From Pontiella sp. (lineage in GTDB: Bacteria > Verrucomicrobiota > Kiritimatiellia > Kiritimatiellales > Pontiellaceae), in assembly GCA_050290185.1 (NCBI GenBank), contig JBNKHE010000007.1, positions 64,001 to 128,000 of the forward strand: DNA of 64,000 nucleotides, written 5' to 3'. Both the position numbers and the translations under genes were made by a program. Positions 28,335 to 43,211 of the stretch are shown one piece after another. Within the stretch, counting starts at the first letter, position 1; each line of letters opens with the position of its first letter. Under the pieces are notes generated by a model, which saw only the letters and a list, made by a program, of their open reading frames with translations, ran no database searches and was not told where the DNA came from.

Positions 28335-30356
28335 TTACAGGCTGTCGGGGAGGGCAAGATCCTTCAGGCCTTGTTCCTGCTTTTCCATGGGTGCCGGTTG
28401 ATCCGCGATCGGTACTTCTACTTCGTCCGATTTATTGTGTTCAGCAAGTTGTCTGGCCGTCTCAACGGCCTGTTCAACTTCCTGTTTAAGGGTCGCTTTC
28501 TTATTGGCATCGCTTTCGCGGTCCGCGGCATATTTGCAGGCGTTTGCGTAAGACATCCATGCCTGCAGGTTTTTAGGGGCCAGTTCCGTGGCGGTCTTGA
28601 GCGATGCCACCGCGCCCGTGAAATCCTTTAGCAACAACTGGCTGTTGCCCATGCCGATCCATGCGCCGGGAATCCGGGCATTGTTTTGGAGGAGCAGGGC
28701 AAAGATGTTTTCCGACTCCTTGGGCCGGTTGAAGGCCAGGAATATCTTGCCCGACCCAATCAGCTCACCCGGGTTTCCCGCCCTGCAGGAATCGGCATGC
28801 CGGGCATATTCAGCACGGGCATCTTCAAGTTTTTTCAACCCCGCCTGTTGTGCTTGCGTGTTGTTCAGGATCGTACGGTATTCCTCTTTGTCCAGCAACA
28901 GGATGGCCGTGGTTCCATCAAAATACGCCAACTTCCATACTCGCTGTGATAGCAACGTGACAATACCGCTCGCGGACGAGGGGTAGAGCGTATTGATGAT
29001 GATGGCTTCAGGACGGTATTGATCCATGATGGCGTCGTACGCTTTGCGCCTGCCCATCATCATTCCGTTAAGATCCTCCAGCAACTGCTTGTCATAGCGT
29101 CCCGGTCGATAGTCGATGAAAATCTTGCGGCCGGGATACTTGAAGGCCAGATAGCCGCCGTCGGCCGCTAGGTTAATGGTTTTAGTGCCTTCGGGAAACG
29201 CGGGATCATTCATGATGGATTCGGCACCGCTGGGATAGAGTTCCTCCTGGATTCCCAGTCCAAAGTTGGATGCGCTGCCGGTTTTGACGTAGGCACAGTT
29301 GCTCGTTACGGGAATGAACGAAAGGACAAACAGCAGGATGAGTACAACACTGGTCGCAGGAATCAAATACTTGGACTGCGTGCCCATCATGTGTTCCAGG
29401 GAACTGTGGATATACTCACTGATGGCAGTAAGGCTGAGCACGATGAAAGGAAAGGCCATGACTGCAAACAGCATCGCCATTTTAGGAGAAGTCCAAACCA
29501 GGAACGCGCTGTAGATGGCCATTGCGGTCAAGGTGAGCGGAAGCCTTTTCTTCAAGGTGATCAGGCCGCCCGCACCGAGAATCATCACGAAGAGGATCAG
29601 GGGTTTGAGCACTGGAATCTGGAAATAGTCGATAAAGAGCGAAGACCAGTAGGATGGTGCTCCCGATTTGATGTTGGCAATAACCTGGCCGTGCAGTTTA
29701 AAGATCGATGGATTGATCGCCGTCACCGCGAACATGGAGACGGCTAGGATGGCATATACGCCGGCATCAATGCCCTGTTTTTTACGGGTACGAGCAGCCG
29801 CTCCCTTACTTTGCTGCGCAGTCTGAATGGCGGTCAGCGCAACAATCAGTGGTCCGTAGATGAACGATCCATGCATATTCGTCCACAGGATCTGGATGGG
29901 AATCAGGGCTCCGAACAAAATCGCCGGTTTCTTTATGGTGGTCACCATATACAGGGTGGCAGCGATGCAGAGCATCATAATCACCTGAGGCCCGACGTCC
30001 AGCGATTGGAACATCAGGTGTCCGACGATCAGCAGAGCAAAGCCCTGGCTGATGGGGCCTCCCCATTTCTTGGCTACCTGAAGCAGTAGGAGAAAGGTGC
30101 CCAGAAGACCGGCAATGTTAAGTAGGATGAGGAGGTTTGCGCCGCCGATATTCCATGCGGAGTAGGCGAGCTTGTCATAAAGCCATGTTGTGTTGACCGG
30201 ATTGTCCGCCGTTACATATGAGAGCGGGGCATTGGTTCGTCCCTGGGCGAGGTGAGTCCAAATTTCCGGAGTGCTGATGGTTCGGAAGCCAATGGCGGCG
30301 ATGAAAAGAAGCCCAAGTATTACGAGTAATGTCGGACCGAACTGCTTTTTGCTCAT
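28335..30356 (-). CDS. Multi-pass membrane protein with C-terminal TPR (GT-C-like)
   Basis: IWTHLAQGR, WTNMHGSF, FIDYR; C-terminal TPR. Confidence 0.65.
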   Translation of the reverse strand: MSKKQFGPTLLVILGLLFIAAIGFRTISTPEIWTHLAQGRTNAPLSYVTADNPVNTTWLYDKLAYSAWNIGGANLLILLNIAGLLGTFLLLLQVAKKWGGPISQGFALLIVGHLMFQSLDVGPQVIMMLCIAATLYMVTTIKKPAILFGALIPIQILWTNMHGSFIYGPLIVALTAIQTAQQSKGAAARTRKKQGIDAGVYAILAVSMFAVTAINPSIFKLHGQVIANIKSGAPSYWSSLFIDYFQIPVLKPLILFVMILGAGGLITLKKRLPLTLTAMAIYSAFLVWTSPKMAMLFAVMAFPFIVLSLTAISEYIHSSLEHMMGTQSKYLIPATSVVLILLFVLSFIPVTSNCAYVKTGSASNFGLGIQEELYPSGAESIMNDPAFPEGTKTINLAADGGYLAFKYPGRKIFIDYRPGRYDKQLLEDLNGMMMGRRKAYDAIMDQYRPEAIIINTLYPSSASGIVTLLSQRVWKLAYFDGTTAILLLDKEEYRTILNNTQAQQAGLKKLEDARAEYARHADSCRAGNPGELIGSGKIFLAFNRPKESENIFALLLQNNARIPGAWIGMGNSQLLLKDFTGAVASLKTATELAPKNLQAWMSYANACKYAADRESDANKKATLKQEVEQAVETARQLAEHNKSDEVEVPIADQPAPMEKQEQGLKDLALPDSL

Positions 30357-30437
30357 AACTTCTCCCTAGGTTGGTTCAGCAATGTATCAAGGTAGGATGA
30401 ATCTCAATTGATTTGCAAGTGTGGGTTTTCCTGAAAA

Positions 30438-32942
30438 TTAAAAGAGATCCAGCTGTGATATATCGGCTTTAAGCTTATGCGGACGCTTTTTAGCGATCTT
30501 GGGTTGGCCGGTCTCTCCAAGCTCGCCTTCCTCAAGGTTTTTGAGAATGTCGGATGCCCGTTGAATGACTTCGTCGGGAAGGCCGGCCAGCCGTGCCACC
30601 TGAATGCCGTAGCTTTTATCCGCCGCACCTGGAACAATCTTGCGCAGGAAAGTGATCGAGTGTCCCTTTTCCTTTACGAGCACACTGAAGTTCTGCACGT
30701 TGGGCAAGGTAAGTGCGAGATCGGTCAGTTCATGGTAGTGCGTGGCAAAGAGGGTCTTTGCCTTCATCGCCTCGTTCTTACAGAGGAACTCTGCCACCGA
30801 CCACGCAATACTGATGCCGTCAAACGTACTGGTGCCGCGTCCGATTTCGTCGAGCACGATCAGGCTCTTCGGGGTGGCGTTGTTCAGGATGTTGGCGGTC
30901 TCCTGCATTTCAACCATAAAGGTCGAGCGTCCGCGTGCCAGGTCGTCGCTGGCACCGACGCGCGTGAACACTCGATCCACGATGCCGATCTCCGCCGAGG
31001 CCGCAGGAACAAAGCAACCCATATGGGCCATGATCGTGATCAGTGCCACCTGACGGATATAGGTTGACTTACCCGCCATATTGGGACCCGTAATGATGAT
31101 CAGCTGGTGGGTTTCCCGGTCGAGTGAGGTGTCGTTGGGAACAAACCGTTCGGCATCGGGCATCTGCTCAACGACGGGATGGCGGCCGTCATGGATATTA
31201 ACGCGGCCGTCGTCAGCCATGGCCGGACGTGCATAGTTGTTCGACAGCGCACGCTCGGCAAACGTGGCCAGCACATCGACCTGTGCGATTGCCATCGCAT
31301 TGCGTTGGATGGTTTCCAGATGCTCGACCGCCTGCCGCCGGATTTCGGTAAAGATTTCCTGCTCCAGTCCTATGGAACGCTCCTGCGCGCCGAGGATCTT
31401 GTTTTCGTATTCCTTGAGTTCCGGCGTAATGAAGCGTTCGGCATTGACCAGCGTCTGCTTGCGGATGTAGTCCTCCGGCACGAGGTCGAGGTTGCTCTTA
31501 CTCACCTCGATATAATATCCGAACACCTTGTTGTGCCGCACCTTCAGTGATTTGATGCCGGTACGTTCCATTTCCGATGCCTGATACTCAGCCAGCCACT
31601 TTCGACCGAGGGAGGCTGCGTCGCGCAATTCGTCGAGTTCGTTATGATAGCCTTGCCGGATAACGCCGCCGTCTTTCAAGTTGATCGGCGGCTCGTCTAC
31701 GATGGCGGAATCGATGAGTGCTACCAATTCGGGCAGGGAGATAATCTGTTCGCCGAGTTGTTCTAGGATTGTTCCTTTGCCGGAAAGCAGGGCCTTGATC
31801 ATGGGCATCTGTTCGAGCGAAACGCCCATGGCGCGCACGTCGCGCGGGTTTCCGCTCGTCGAGCCAATGCGCGAGATCAGCCGCTCGACATCCTTGATGT
31901 CGCCCAGTACATCACGCAGCGAGCGAAGGTAGGTCTGGTTATTCACCATCAGCTCCACCGCATTGTGCCGGGCCTGGATCTGCTCCAGATTATTAAGCGG
32001 CCGCAGCAGCCATTCACGTAGCAGGCGGCCGCCCATCGCCGTGCTGGTGGAATCGAGCACATGTAAAAGCGTCGCCTTGTAGGCTTGCCGGTTCATGTTG
32101 ATCGGAGCCACCAGTTCCAGATTCGTTGCCGTGGTTTCGTCCATCAGCATGTAGTCGGATGGATTCTTTACGCGGATGTTGCGTACGTGCGACAGATTGC
32201 GCCGCAGCTCGGTCTTAACATAGTAGAGCACCGCGCCCGCCGCGCCGAGCGCAGAGGGCATTGCGGTGCAACCGAACCCTTCAAGCGAATGCACATCGAA
32301 ATGGCGTTGCAGGAAATCGGTTGCCGAAGACGTTTCAAAGGTCCAGTCCTCACCGGCTGTGAGGAGCGTGTTGGTGATTTCAAGGCCCAGTTCGCTGAAG
32401 GCCGGATCGTTGAGCTGATCTTCAGCGACAATGCATTCCGCCGGCGCATAGCGCGACAGGTTCGCCTGTACATTCGCCACATCGTCGGTCTCCTCGATCC
32501 AGAATTCGCCGGTCGAAAGATCGAGCATCGCGAGTCCGAAGCATTCTTTGTGGCGGAACAGCCCGGTCAGGAAATTGTTCTGGTTTCCGTCGAGCTGGAC
32601 CTCGTCAAGGATCGTGCCCGGAGTAACGATCCGCGTTACGTCTCGCTTGACCACGCCCTTGGCCGTGGCCGGATCTTCGACCTGCTCGCAGATGGCCACT
32701 TTTTTTCCGGCCCGTACAAGCCGTTCTAGATAGCCCGAAGCCGCATGGTAGGGGATGCCGCACATCGGTGTGTTGTGGCGTTTGGTCAGGGTGATATCCA
32801 GAATATCCGAGGCGGTTTTGGCATCGTCGAAAAACATTTCATAGAAGTCGCCGAGCCGGAAAAACAGGATGGTGTCCTCCGGCAGCTCGCGCCGAATCGA
32901 CCGATACTGCGCCATCATGGGTGTTTCTTTCTTCTCTGCCAT
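30438..32942 (-). CDS. mutS: DNA mismatch repair protein MutS
   Basis: [37 protein letters not shown]. Confidence 0.97.
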   Translation of the reverse strand: MAEKKETPMMAQYRSIRRELPEDTILFFRLGDFYEMFFDDAKTASDILDITLTKRHNTPMCGIPYHAASGYLERLVRAGKKVAICEQVEDPATAKGVVKRDVTRIVTPGTILDEVQLDGNQNNFLTGLFRHKECFGLAMLDLSTGEFWIEETDDVANVQANLSRYAPAECIVAEDQLNDPAFSELGLEITNTLLTAGEDWTFETSSATDFLQRHFDVHSLEGFGCTAMPSALGAAGAVLYYVKTELRRNLSHVRNIRVKNPSDYMLMDETTATNLELVAPINMNRQAYKATLLHVLDSTSTAMGGRLLREWLLRPLNNLEQIQARHNAVELMVNNQTYLRSLRDVLGDIKDVERLISRIGSTSGNPRDVRAMGVSLEQMPMIKALLSGKGTILEQLGEQIISLPELVALIDSAIVDEPPINLKDGGVIRQGYHNELDELRDAASLGRKWLAEYQASEMERTGIKSLKVRHNKVFGYYIEVSKSNLDLVPEDYIRKQTLVNAERFITPELKEYENKILGAQERSIGLEQEIFTEIRRQAVEHLETIQRNAMAIAQVDVLATFAERALSNNYARPAMADDGRVNIHDGRHPVVEQMPDAERFVPNDTSLDRETHQLIIITGPNMAGKSTYIRQVALITIMAHMGCFVPAASAEIGIVDRVFTRVGASDDLARGRSTFMVEMQETANILNNATPKSLIVLDEIGRGTSTFDGISIAWSVAEFLCKNEAMKAKTLFATHYHELTDLALTLPNVQNFSVLVKEKGHSITFLRKIVPGAADKSYGIQVARLAGLPDEVIQRASDILKNLEEGELGETGQPKIAKKRPHKLKADISQLDLF

Positions 32943-33292
32943 AGATCTCCCGAAAATCAAAGAAGCCCAGTTTATCCAGACCTCGAGATGAATCAATCAT
33001 GAAAGCCCGCAGATGCACGCAGGTGGACACCGATATGCTGTTTAGATCGGATAAAGTCGGAAGGGATGGTTCGACGAGCCGTCCGTGCGTGGGTTCGGTA
33101 CGTGGACTTGGCGTTTGTGTTGCGCTTTTTGCTAAAAACAGGACCCTCGTGAAGCGGTGCGGAGAGTGCTTTCTACCTTTTTGTGCCGGCTTTCGAGGTT
33201 TCGAAAACGGTGGAAGCAAGGGCGATCGTGGAGATGATGCCGATTATGGGATATTTCATATTTTGCTTGAGGGTTCATTTGCAACGGTCTGT

Positions 33293-33757
33293 TCAGCGTT
33301 CGATCAATCCGTCAACCAGATTGCCGGCTTCGCGTAACCATGCGGTTTCGGTGGCGCGCATTTTCTTGCGCTTGGCATCAGTGTCGTCTTCGGCACCGGA
33401 GAGATGGTCGAAGCCGTGGGCGATGTAGAGGGCCAGCTCGTAGTCGATGCCTTTATGGTCAGGGCCAACCTGCACGGCGCGGTCGACATTGATGATGAGG
33501 TCGCCGCTCCATGCGTCGTCTTCGCCGGGAACGGGGTCGTAGCGAAAACTGATTACGTCGGTGGGGCGGTTTTTGCCGAAATACTCGCGGTTGGTCTGCG
33601 TGATCGCTTCGTCATCGACGAGCACCACGCAAACCTCGCTCCATCGATCAGGCTTCATGATCGATTCGAGTTTTGTGCCGATCCAATCAGTCAGCTTTTG
33701 TAGTCGGCTGATCTGTATCGGATGATTGTGCTGATGGTTTTGGATGCTTGTTGTCAT
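33293..33757 (-). CDS. ybeY: rRNA maturation endoribonuclease YbeY
   Basis: TDVISF, HGFDHLSG; downstream of phoH and 7TM-HD. Confidence 0.88.
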   Translation of the reverse strand: MTTSIQNHQHNHPIQISRLQKLTDWIGTKLESIMKPDRWSEVCVVLVDDEAITQTNREYFGKNRPTDVISFRYDPVPGEDDAWSGDLIINVDRAVQVGPDHKGIDYELALYIAHGFDHLSGAEDDTDAKRKKMRATETAWLREAGNLVDGLIER

Positions 33758-35993
33758 TGTCTTTGGGGTAGGGGATTCGGCCGTGGAGCATGTTGGACAG
33801 CGAGAAGATGAACGACTGCTTGACGACCTTGATTTCAGCCATGGTGAGATTGGCATAGTCCATCTGCCCATCACGGATCTTCATGGCGAAGATGTCGTCG
33901 AGCAGGTTGGAAATCTTTTGCGGCGTTGGTTTCTCGATGGAACGCGAGGCTGCCTCGGATGCGTCGGCGAGGGAGAGGATCGCCATTTCCGGGGAGACGG
34001 CGGGGGCGCCGCCATAGCGGAAGTCGCTGTCGTTGATCAGGTCGGCCATGTTGGCGGCGCTATCGCCCGCCTGAGTCTTGGCCTTGTGATAGAAGAAGGA
34101 GATCAGGCCGTTGCCGTGATGCTGTTCAATGGCATCGAGGATGGGCTGGGGCAGCTTGTGGCGTTTGGCCAATGTGAGGCCTTCCTTGACATGCGAGGAG
34201 ATAACAAGGGCACTCATGTGCGGGGAGAGTTCGTCATGCGGGTTTTCCTTGTGCTGGATATTTTCGGTAAAGAATTCCGGTTTGGCCATTTTGCCGATGT
34301 CATGATAGTAGGCGCATACACGGATCAGTAGGGAGTTGGCCCCGATCGCTTCGGCTGCGTTTTGTGCCAGCGTGGCAACCATCAGCGAGTGGTGGTAGGT
34401 GCCGGGCGCCTGCATGGCCATCTTTTGGAGGAGTGGATGGCCCATGTCGGACAGTTCCAGCAGGGTAATGTCGGTGGTGATTTTAAACAGCTTTTCGAAT
34501 ATCGGGATCAATAGCAACGTCAGGACGGTCGAGAGCACACCGGAAAGAATGACGCAACCCAGTTGACCGGCCAGGCCGGTGATGGCTTGCTGGTTCATGA
34601 GCGCGAGCAGCAGCACATAGAGGATCTTGACGGCGCAGATCCACAGGCCTGCACGGAAGAGACTGGAACGGCGGTGGACATTGCGGGCCGTACAGGTTGC
34701 CGTTATGGACACCAGCATGCCCATGGCGAACACGAGGAACGATTGATCGAGCAGGACGGCGATGGCAAAACTGTTCCAGAAACCCAGGCAGATGGCTGCG
34801 CTTCCGCCGAGGAGAATGCCGGCCAGCAGCACGGCGAGTGCGTGCGGCACCAGAAAGGCCACGGTCGAGGGCGATAGCAGGGTTTGGTGGGATGCAAGAT
34901 AGGATAGCAGGCTGGCCGTGCCCAGGGTGAGCAGGGACAGAATGATCATGAGAAGCAGCTTGTCGACCTTCCGGATCAACCGGCCGTTGCCGATACGCAG
35001 GATGACGACCGTGGCAATCAGCCCCACCAGCAGGAGGATGCCATTACCGAGAATTTCCAGAATCAGTTCGCTGATGTCGCGGCTTTCCTGGATTTTTTGA
35101 ATGTGTTTCTGAAGCAGCAAGAGATTTTGCTCGTCCGCCCGGTCCCCTGCACGTACCAGAATGGTGCCAGCGGGGTAGAACTGCGTGATGGGCTTAGTGG
35201 CATCCGCAGCCATCTGTCGGAGGTCTTCCGTGGCCACCTTGTCATAGCTGAGGTTGTCCTCCACAACGGAGAAGAGCAGTTTGTCGAGCTGGTTCCGCTG
35301 GGTATCGTTTTCGATCCCGTCCGTAATGGTCCATACGGCTTGCCGGCGGGAATAGATATTCTTCAGGGATTCTTTTTTGGGAGAAGTATCGGGTTTTTCA
35401 ATGATGGATATGGCGCGGTTCGGGTTTTCGGTTACAAAAGCTTCACGGGTCTCATCCGACATGATGCCGGTGGTCATGACCTGCTGAATACCGGCTACGA
35501 TCCGTTCCTTGATTGGAATAATCGAGTCAGATGGAAACGCCTGGGCAAATGCCGCTGCATCACTGATGTCGGATCCCAGTAGCAGGTCGTTGAGGGAGGC
35601 GGCTTTAGCGGTTTTTTCGTTTTCCGGCGCATTAGCCAGCTGAACGAGCCGGTCGAAAACAACCTGGATTTTCTGCACGGCGCGTTTGCGTGGTGCGGGA
35701 TTCATCTTGAAGATCAAGGGGAGGTTTTTGGCTTCCTGCTCCCGTGCGAGTTCCGTGTCGCGCAGGTTTTTACACGTAAAGTCAACCTGAGCCTCTACGG
35801 TCGTGGGAATCACCTGTCCTTCCTGATAGGTAACCTGGGGTACGATTCCGCGCCCGAAAAAGAGCCATGTTACGGAAAGCCACAGTACAATGCCCAGTCC
35901 GAGCGCCTGGTAGGGGATATCCTTCCGGCGCTTGACTTCGGTTTTGCGTTCGGCAATGCCCTTCTGCTTTTTTTTCAAAATCTTTGATTTCAT
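33687..35993 (-). CDS. 7TM-HD phosphohydrolase (PgpH-like)
   Basis: Extracellular domain, 7 TM, APGTYHHS, YYHDIGK, HHG. Confidence 0.9.
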   Translation of the reverse strand: MKSKILKKKQKGIAERKTEVKRRKDIPYQALGLGIVLWLSVTWLFFGRGIVPQVTYQEGQVIPTTVEAQVDFTCKNLRDTELAREQEAKNLPLIFKMNPAPRKRAVQKIQVVFDRLVQLANAPENEKTAKAASLNDLLLGSDISDAAAFAQAFPSDSIIPIKERIVAGIQQVMTTGIMSDETREAFVTENPNRAISIIEKPDTSPKKESLKNIYSRRQAVWTITDGIENDTQRNQLDKLLFSVVEDNLSYDKVATEDLRQMAADATKPITQFYPAGTILVRAGDRADEQNLLLLQKHIQKIQESRDISELILEILGNGILLLVGLIATVVILRIGNGRLIRKVDKLLLMIILSLLTLGTASLLSYLASHQTLLSPSTVAFLVPHALAVLLAGILLGGSAAICLGFWNSFAIAVLLDQSFLVFAMGMLVSITATCTARNVHRRSSLFRAGLWICAVKILYVLLLALMNQQAITGLAGQLGCVILSGVLSTVLTLLLIPIFEKLFKITTDITLLELSDMGHPLLQKMAMQAPGTYHHSLMVATLAQNAAEAIGANSLLIRVCAYYHDIGKMAKPEFFTENIQHKENPHDELSPHMSALVISSHVKEGLTLAKRHKLPQPILDAIEQHHGNGLISFFYHKAKTQAGDSAANMADLINDSDFRYGGAPAVSPEMAILSLADASEAASRSIEKPTPQKISNLLDDIFAMKIRDGQMDYANLTMAEIKVVKQSFIFSLSNMLHGRIPYPKDNDNKHPKPSAQSSDTDQPTTKAD

Positions 35994-36014
35994 GATGGTC
36001 TCCGTGTTGGCGGA

Positions 36015-36965
36015 TCAAGTGGTCCGCTTTTCGCGGTAGGCTTCGATGACTTTCTGTACAAGGGGATGCCGTACCACGTCGCGTTCGGTGAGTTCGATGA
36101 TTTCCAGTCCTTTGATATTTTCCAGGATGGAGCGAGCCTCGATCAATCCCGATGCTTTTCGGTCGGGCAGGTCAATCTGGGTCAGGTCACCGGTGATGGC
36201 GCATTTTGAATCGAAGCCCAGGCGGGTGAGGAACATGAGCATCTGTTGCGGTGTCGTATTCTGTGCTTCATCGAGGATGACAAAGGCATGATTGAGCGTG
36301 CGGCCGCGCATATAGGCCAACGGAGCCACTTCGATGATTCCGCGTTCGATATGGCTTTCGACCGTCTCGGCCGGAAGCATGTCGTAAAGGGCGTCGTAAA
36401 GCGGACGCAGGTACGGAGCCACCTTTTGCTGGAAATCCCCCGGAAGGAATCCGAGATTTTCTCCAGCTTCGATGGCGGGGCGGGTCAGGATGATTCGGCT
36501 GATCTCATCCTTCAAGAGGGAGGAGACCGCCATGGCCATAGCCAGGTAGGTCTTGCCGGTGCCCGCTGGGCCGATACCGAATGTGACGGTGTTATTCTGC
36601 ATGGCATCCAGATAGATCTGCTGGCCGAGAGTCTTCGGGAAGACCGAAGGTTTTCGCTGGCTGACGTCGATCCGGATACTCGCCAGTTTTTCGAATACAT
36701 TGTCTTCGCCTTCGCCGAAAGCTTCATAGGCATAGGTGGCGGCCTGGGCATCAAGCCGGCCGTGGTTGCGGGCCTTGCGCAAGTCTTCGATAAATCCGGC
36801 AATCCGTTCTGCGTTCTCGTTGGGTCCGTTGATGCCCACGGTGAGATCGCGCAATACCAACTCCAGGTCATGATCACGTTCCATTCGGTCGACCAAGACT
36901 CCCAGCACCGCCCCTACATCGCGGGCTTCGCTGGCATTGTCGAAATGGATAATCGTCGCGCTCAT
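36015..36965 (-). CDS. phoH: PhoH family ATPase
   Basis: [23 protein letters not shown]. Confidence 0.95.
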   Translation of the reverse strand: MSATIIHFDNASEARDVGAVLGVLVDRMERDHDLELVLRDLTVGINGPNENAERIAGFIEDLRKARNHGRLDAQAATYAYEAFGEGEDNVFEKLASIRIDVSQRKPSVFPKTLGQQIYLDAMQNNTVTFGIGPAGTGKTYLAMAMAVSSLLKDEISRIILTRPAIEAGENLGFLPGDFQQKVAPYLRPLYDALYDMLPAETVESHIERGIIEVAPLAYMRGRTLNHAFVILDEAQNTTPQQMLMFLTRLGFDSKCAITGDLTQIDLPDRKASGLIEARSILENIKGLEIIELTERDVVRHPLVQKVIEAYREKRTT

Positions 36966-37224
36966 GGAAGAGAGTCCTTTTGAAAATGGCCGGAAAGCTG
37001 GCCGCTACTCGCCTGGCTGAATTCTCGCAGGCATGGAATCTGGTAATTCATTGCGTAGAGTTAATGGGTTTTTTAAGACGCCGTCAACAGGTATTCCCGC
37101 CGAACAAGCTTCTGAAAAACAGGCTTAATTTCGCGGACGGAATGGATTTGGTACGCGAAATGCTTCATGTCTGCCAATTCCGTCACACAGGAAAATTGAA
37201 GTAAACTAGAAGGATATTGGGAAA

Positions 37225-38571
37225 ATGATAAAGAAAGATAATGTAAAGCTGTCCATTGCAGTCGGACTGATGGCCTTGTTCTGCATCACCAGCTGCGCTC
37301 CGGTTACGGTAACCAGTATGCCGCCGGGTGCGCGTGTCTATTATAAAGGCAACGATAAGCTGATCGGAACCACGCCGGTCAGGGTGAATCTGGTTGCCAA
37401 TGACAAGGAGCTTGTTGTCCGTAAGGCGGGGTATTTTTCAAAGACCGTCGTCATCTCTCCAATCGATCCTGTAAACACCAATGTGGAACTGAACCGGCGT
37501 GACCGGGTGTTGATTCTCAGCAACCCGGATGGCGCCGATCTGTATGTAGAAGGCGAGGGGCGTGTTGGGTGCACTCCTTATAAGCTCGATTACGATAAAC
37601 CGTATCGTACTTTCCAGGTCAAGGCCGCGGGATATGCCACACAGACCTTTACTGTTCCCGAAGACCCGGAAGAGCATGTGATGATCGACCTGAATCGCGA
37701 TGACGCGGTGCAACTGGTCACACGGCCCAAGAATGCCGAAGTGTTGGACCTCACCGGCAACAACCTGGGGTCAACACCGCTGGCGGTTCCGGCCAGTGAA
37801 GAGCGCACCTATGAAATCCGCAAGGATGGCTACTATTCGCAGCAGGTGACCGTCGATGCCGACTCGGAAAGTCCCGTGGTTGTCGAGCTGGAGCGCGAAC
37901 CCATCATCATCGTGAACAGTGAGCCGGAAGGGGCCTACATCGTATACCGTGGCGTTGCGCTCGGACAAACCCCGTTCAGGCAGTTGGTCAAGGAAGATAT
38001 GGAAGTCCAGATCAAGGCCGACCGCTACTACACCAAGAACATTACGCTTGCGCCGGATTCGCCGCGCGCGATCAATGTTGAGCTCGAACCCATGCCCTAC
38101 GTGACCATTCAGAGTAAGCCGGAAGGCGCGACACTCTATCTTTCGGGTGGGGTGGAGATGGTCGGTACAACGCCGGTCGAGGTTTTGATTGAAAAGGATA
38201 CCGCCTTTGAAATGCACAAGGACGGCTATGATATCAAGCCGTTCATGCTATCGGCCGAATCCAGCAGCGAGGTGACTGTTCCCATGGTTAAGTCGATTGC
38301 TGCCATTGAGAAAACAATTCTCATAGACAGCGACCCCAGCGGGGCCGAAGTCTACCGTCCCGGTGGCGCAGAGCTGATCGGGAAGACCCCATTTAAACAG
38401 CGTGTCCGCGGTGAACGTACCTTCGAGCTGCATCTTGATGGCTACAAAACCAAGATCGTTACGGTCGCCACCGACTCTGCGGACAGCGTACTCTTTGCAT
38501 TGGCTAGGGATGAATCGGCGAGGAATGTCACGGTCAGCGACCCCTTGTTGAATACCCCTTCATCCTTCTAG
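37225..38571 (+). CDS. PEGA-repeat lipoprotein
   Basis: Lipobox-like ITSC; repeated SxPxGA...GxTP...KxGY units. Confidence 0.85.
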   Translation: MIKKDNVKLSIAVGLMALFCITSCAPVTVTSMPPGARVYYKGNDKLIGTTPVRVNLVANDKELVVRKAGYFSKTVVISPIDPVNTNVELNRRDRVLILSNPDGADLYVEGEGRVGCTPYKLDYDKPYRTFQVKAAGYATQTFTVPEDPEEHVMIDLNRDDAVQLVTRPKNAEVLDLTGNNLGSTPLAVPASEERTYEIRKDGYYSQQVTVDADSESPVVVELEREPIIIVNSEPEGAYIVYRGVALGQTPFRQLVKEDMEVQIKADRYYTKNITLAPDSPRAINVELEPMPYVTIQSKPEGATLYLSGGVEMVGTTPVEVLIEKDTAFEMHKDGYDIKPFMLSAESSSEVTVPMVKSIAAIEKTILIDSDPSGAEVYRPGGAELIGKTPFKQRVRGERTFELHLDGYKTKIVTVATDSADSVLFALARDESARNVTVSDPLLNTPSSF

Positions 38572-38593
38572 CCAATGCACTTATCTAATTCCC

Positions 38594-38618
38594 GAGCCCC
38601 GATTAGGGGCTTTTTTTG
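38594..38618 (+). terminator. Rho-independent terminator
   Basis: GAGCCCC-GATTA-GGGGCT followed by a T run. Confidence 0.8.
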
Positions 38619-38821
38619 TTAAAACACATGTTGCAACTGTGTCTAAATAGGCGGTTTATAGATTATATTCGTAAAATTTTAGATCAAAAAAACTTTCCTT
38701 CGGGCCATGTTATGTGGATATTTCGAAATTTCCTGGGGTAACCAGGGTGTGAAAGTGCGAAACAGGTAGAATATTCGTTCTTTTTAGAAATCAGGGATGT
38801 TAAACCAAGGAGTAGACTCAG

Positions 38822-42346
<3,525 letters not shown>

Positions 42347-42368
42347 CCCAGCGGTTGCCTGAAACAAG

Positions 42369-42398
42369 AAAGCCCGTCCTTGCGACGGGCTTTTTTTG
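42369..42398. terminator. Terminator between convergent genes
   Basis: AAAGCCCGTC-CTTGC-GACGGGCTTTTTTT. Confidence 0.8.
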
Positions 42399-42399
42399 T

Positions 42400-42759
42400 T
42401 TAGGCTGCGAGCCGGGGGTTCTGTGCGGCACGCCGGCCAATGGCCTGCCGCAGTTTGAAGTGCGCGGTGGCATCCAGTTTCAGGAAAATGCGATGGTGCG
42501 ACCGGATCTGCAAAACATAGACGGGACGTAGGGCACGCCGATGCGGGAGAAAGTGAATCCAGTTGAACAGGAGGAAGGTCGGTGGCGCTTCCGAGGGAGC
42601 GGCCAAACGCAGATAGTGGACCGCTGACAGATGTATGCGAAAGACTGGCGCAATCCCCAAGAGACGTCCGATGATCTCTTCTCCAGCAAGCTCATAGGAA
42701 TAAAGAGAGCCGAAAGACAATGAAGAGAGGACATGCTTGCCGGCAATCTTAGCCGACAT
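42400..42759 (-). CDS. Hypothetical protein, paralog of the upstream ORF
   Basis: Shares SYxL, NW, PVYxLQ and RIFxKLD with 42749-43087. Confidence 0.65.
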   Translation of the reverse strand: MSAKIAGKHVLSSLSFGSLYSYELAGEEIIGRLLGIAPVFRIHLSAVHYLRLAAPSEAPPTFLLFNWIHFLPHRRALRPVYVLQIRSHHRIFLKLDATAHFKLRQAIGRRAAQNPRLAA

Positions 42760-43087
42760 GGCGGCCGCCTAACGTAGATTTCATATCGATATGGGAGCCG
42801 CGGTCAAGTTTCATGAAAATCCGGGGTGAACGCTCATCGGCCTGCAACGTGTAAACCGGAGAGACCATCCTGTGCGAAGGGCTGAATTTGAACCAGTTGA
42901 TCCGGTTTAGTTTGGTGACATCCTGGTCCTCGGCTTCGCGGAGATCCATGACCTTATTCAGCGGGATGGAGTTCAGGGTGATGAAGCGAAACAGCTTGGT
43001 GGTAAGCGATTCGGAAGTCAACTGATAGCTGACAAACAGCCCGACATCCATGTCCACCAGACTCAAGATCTTCTTTTTTGATTTCAT
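42749..43087 (-). CDS. Hypothetical protein, paralog of the downstream ORF
   Basis: Same shared motifs; AAGG RBS. Confidence 0.65.
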   Translation of the reverse strand: MKSKKKILSLVDMDVGLFVSYQLTSESLTTKLFRFITLNSIPLNKVMDLREAEDQDVTKLNRINWFKFSPSHRMVSPVYTLQADERSPRIFMKLDRGSHIDMKSTLGGRHVG

Positions 43088-43211
43088 CCTTTAAAATGTA
43101 GCACGGTATGTGCCACGAGGATTAAACGAGGTGAAAACGCTATATTTCGCGTTTTTCCGGCGTAATGCGCATGAAATCCCGTGCTGTCGTTCGCAGGGGT
43201 GAGAAAGCGTG

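Noticed and set aside
32999..33290. ORFs and short degenerate palindromes/repeats between mutS and ybeY
   Set aside because: Look like decayed intergenic repeats; no credible protein or array
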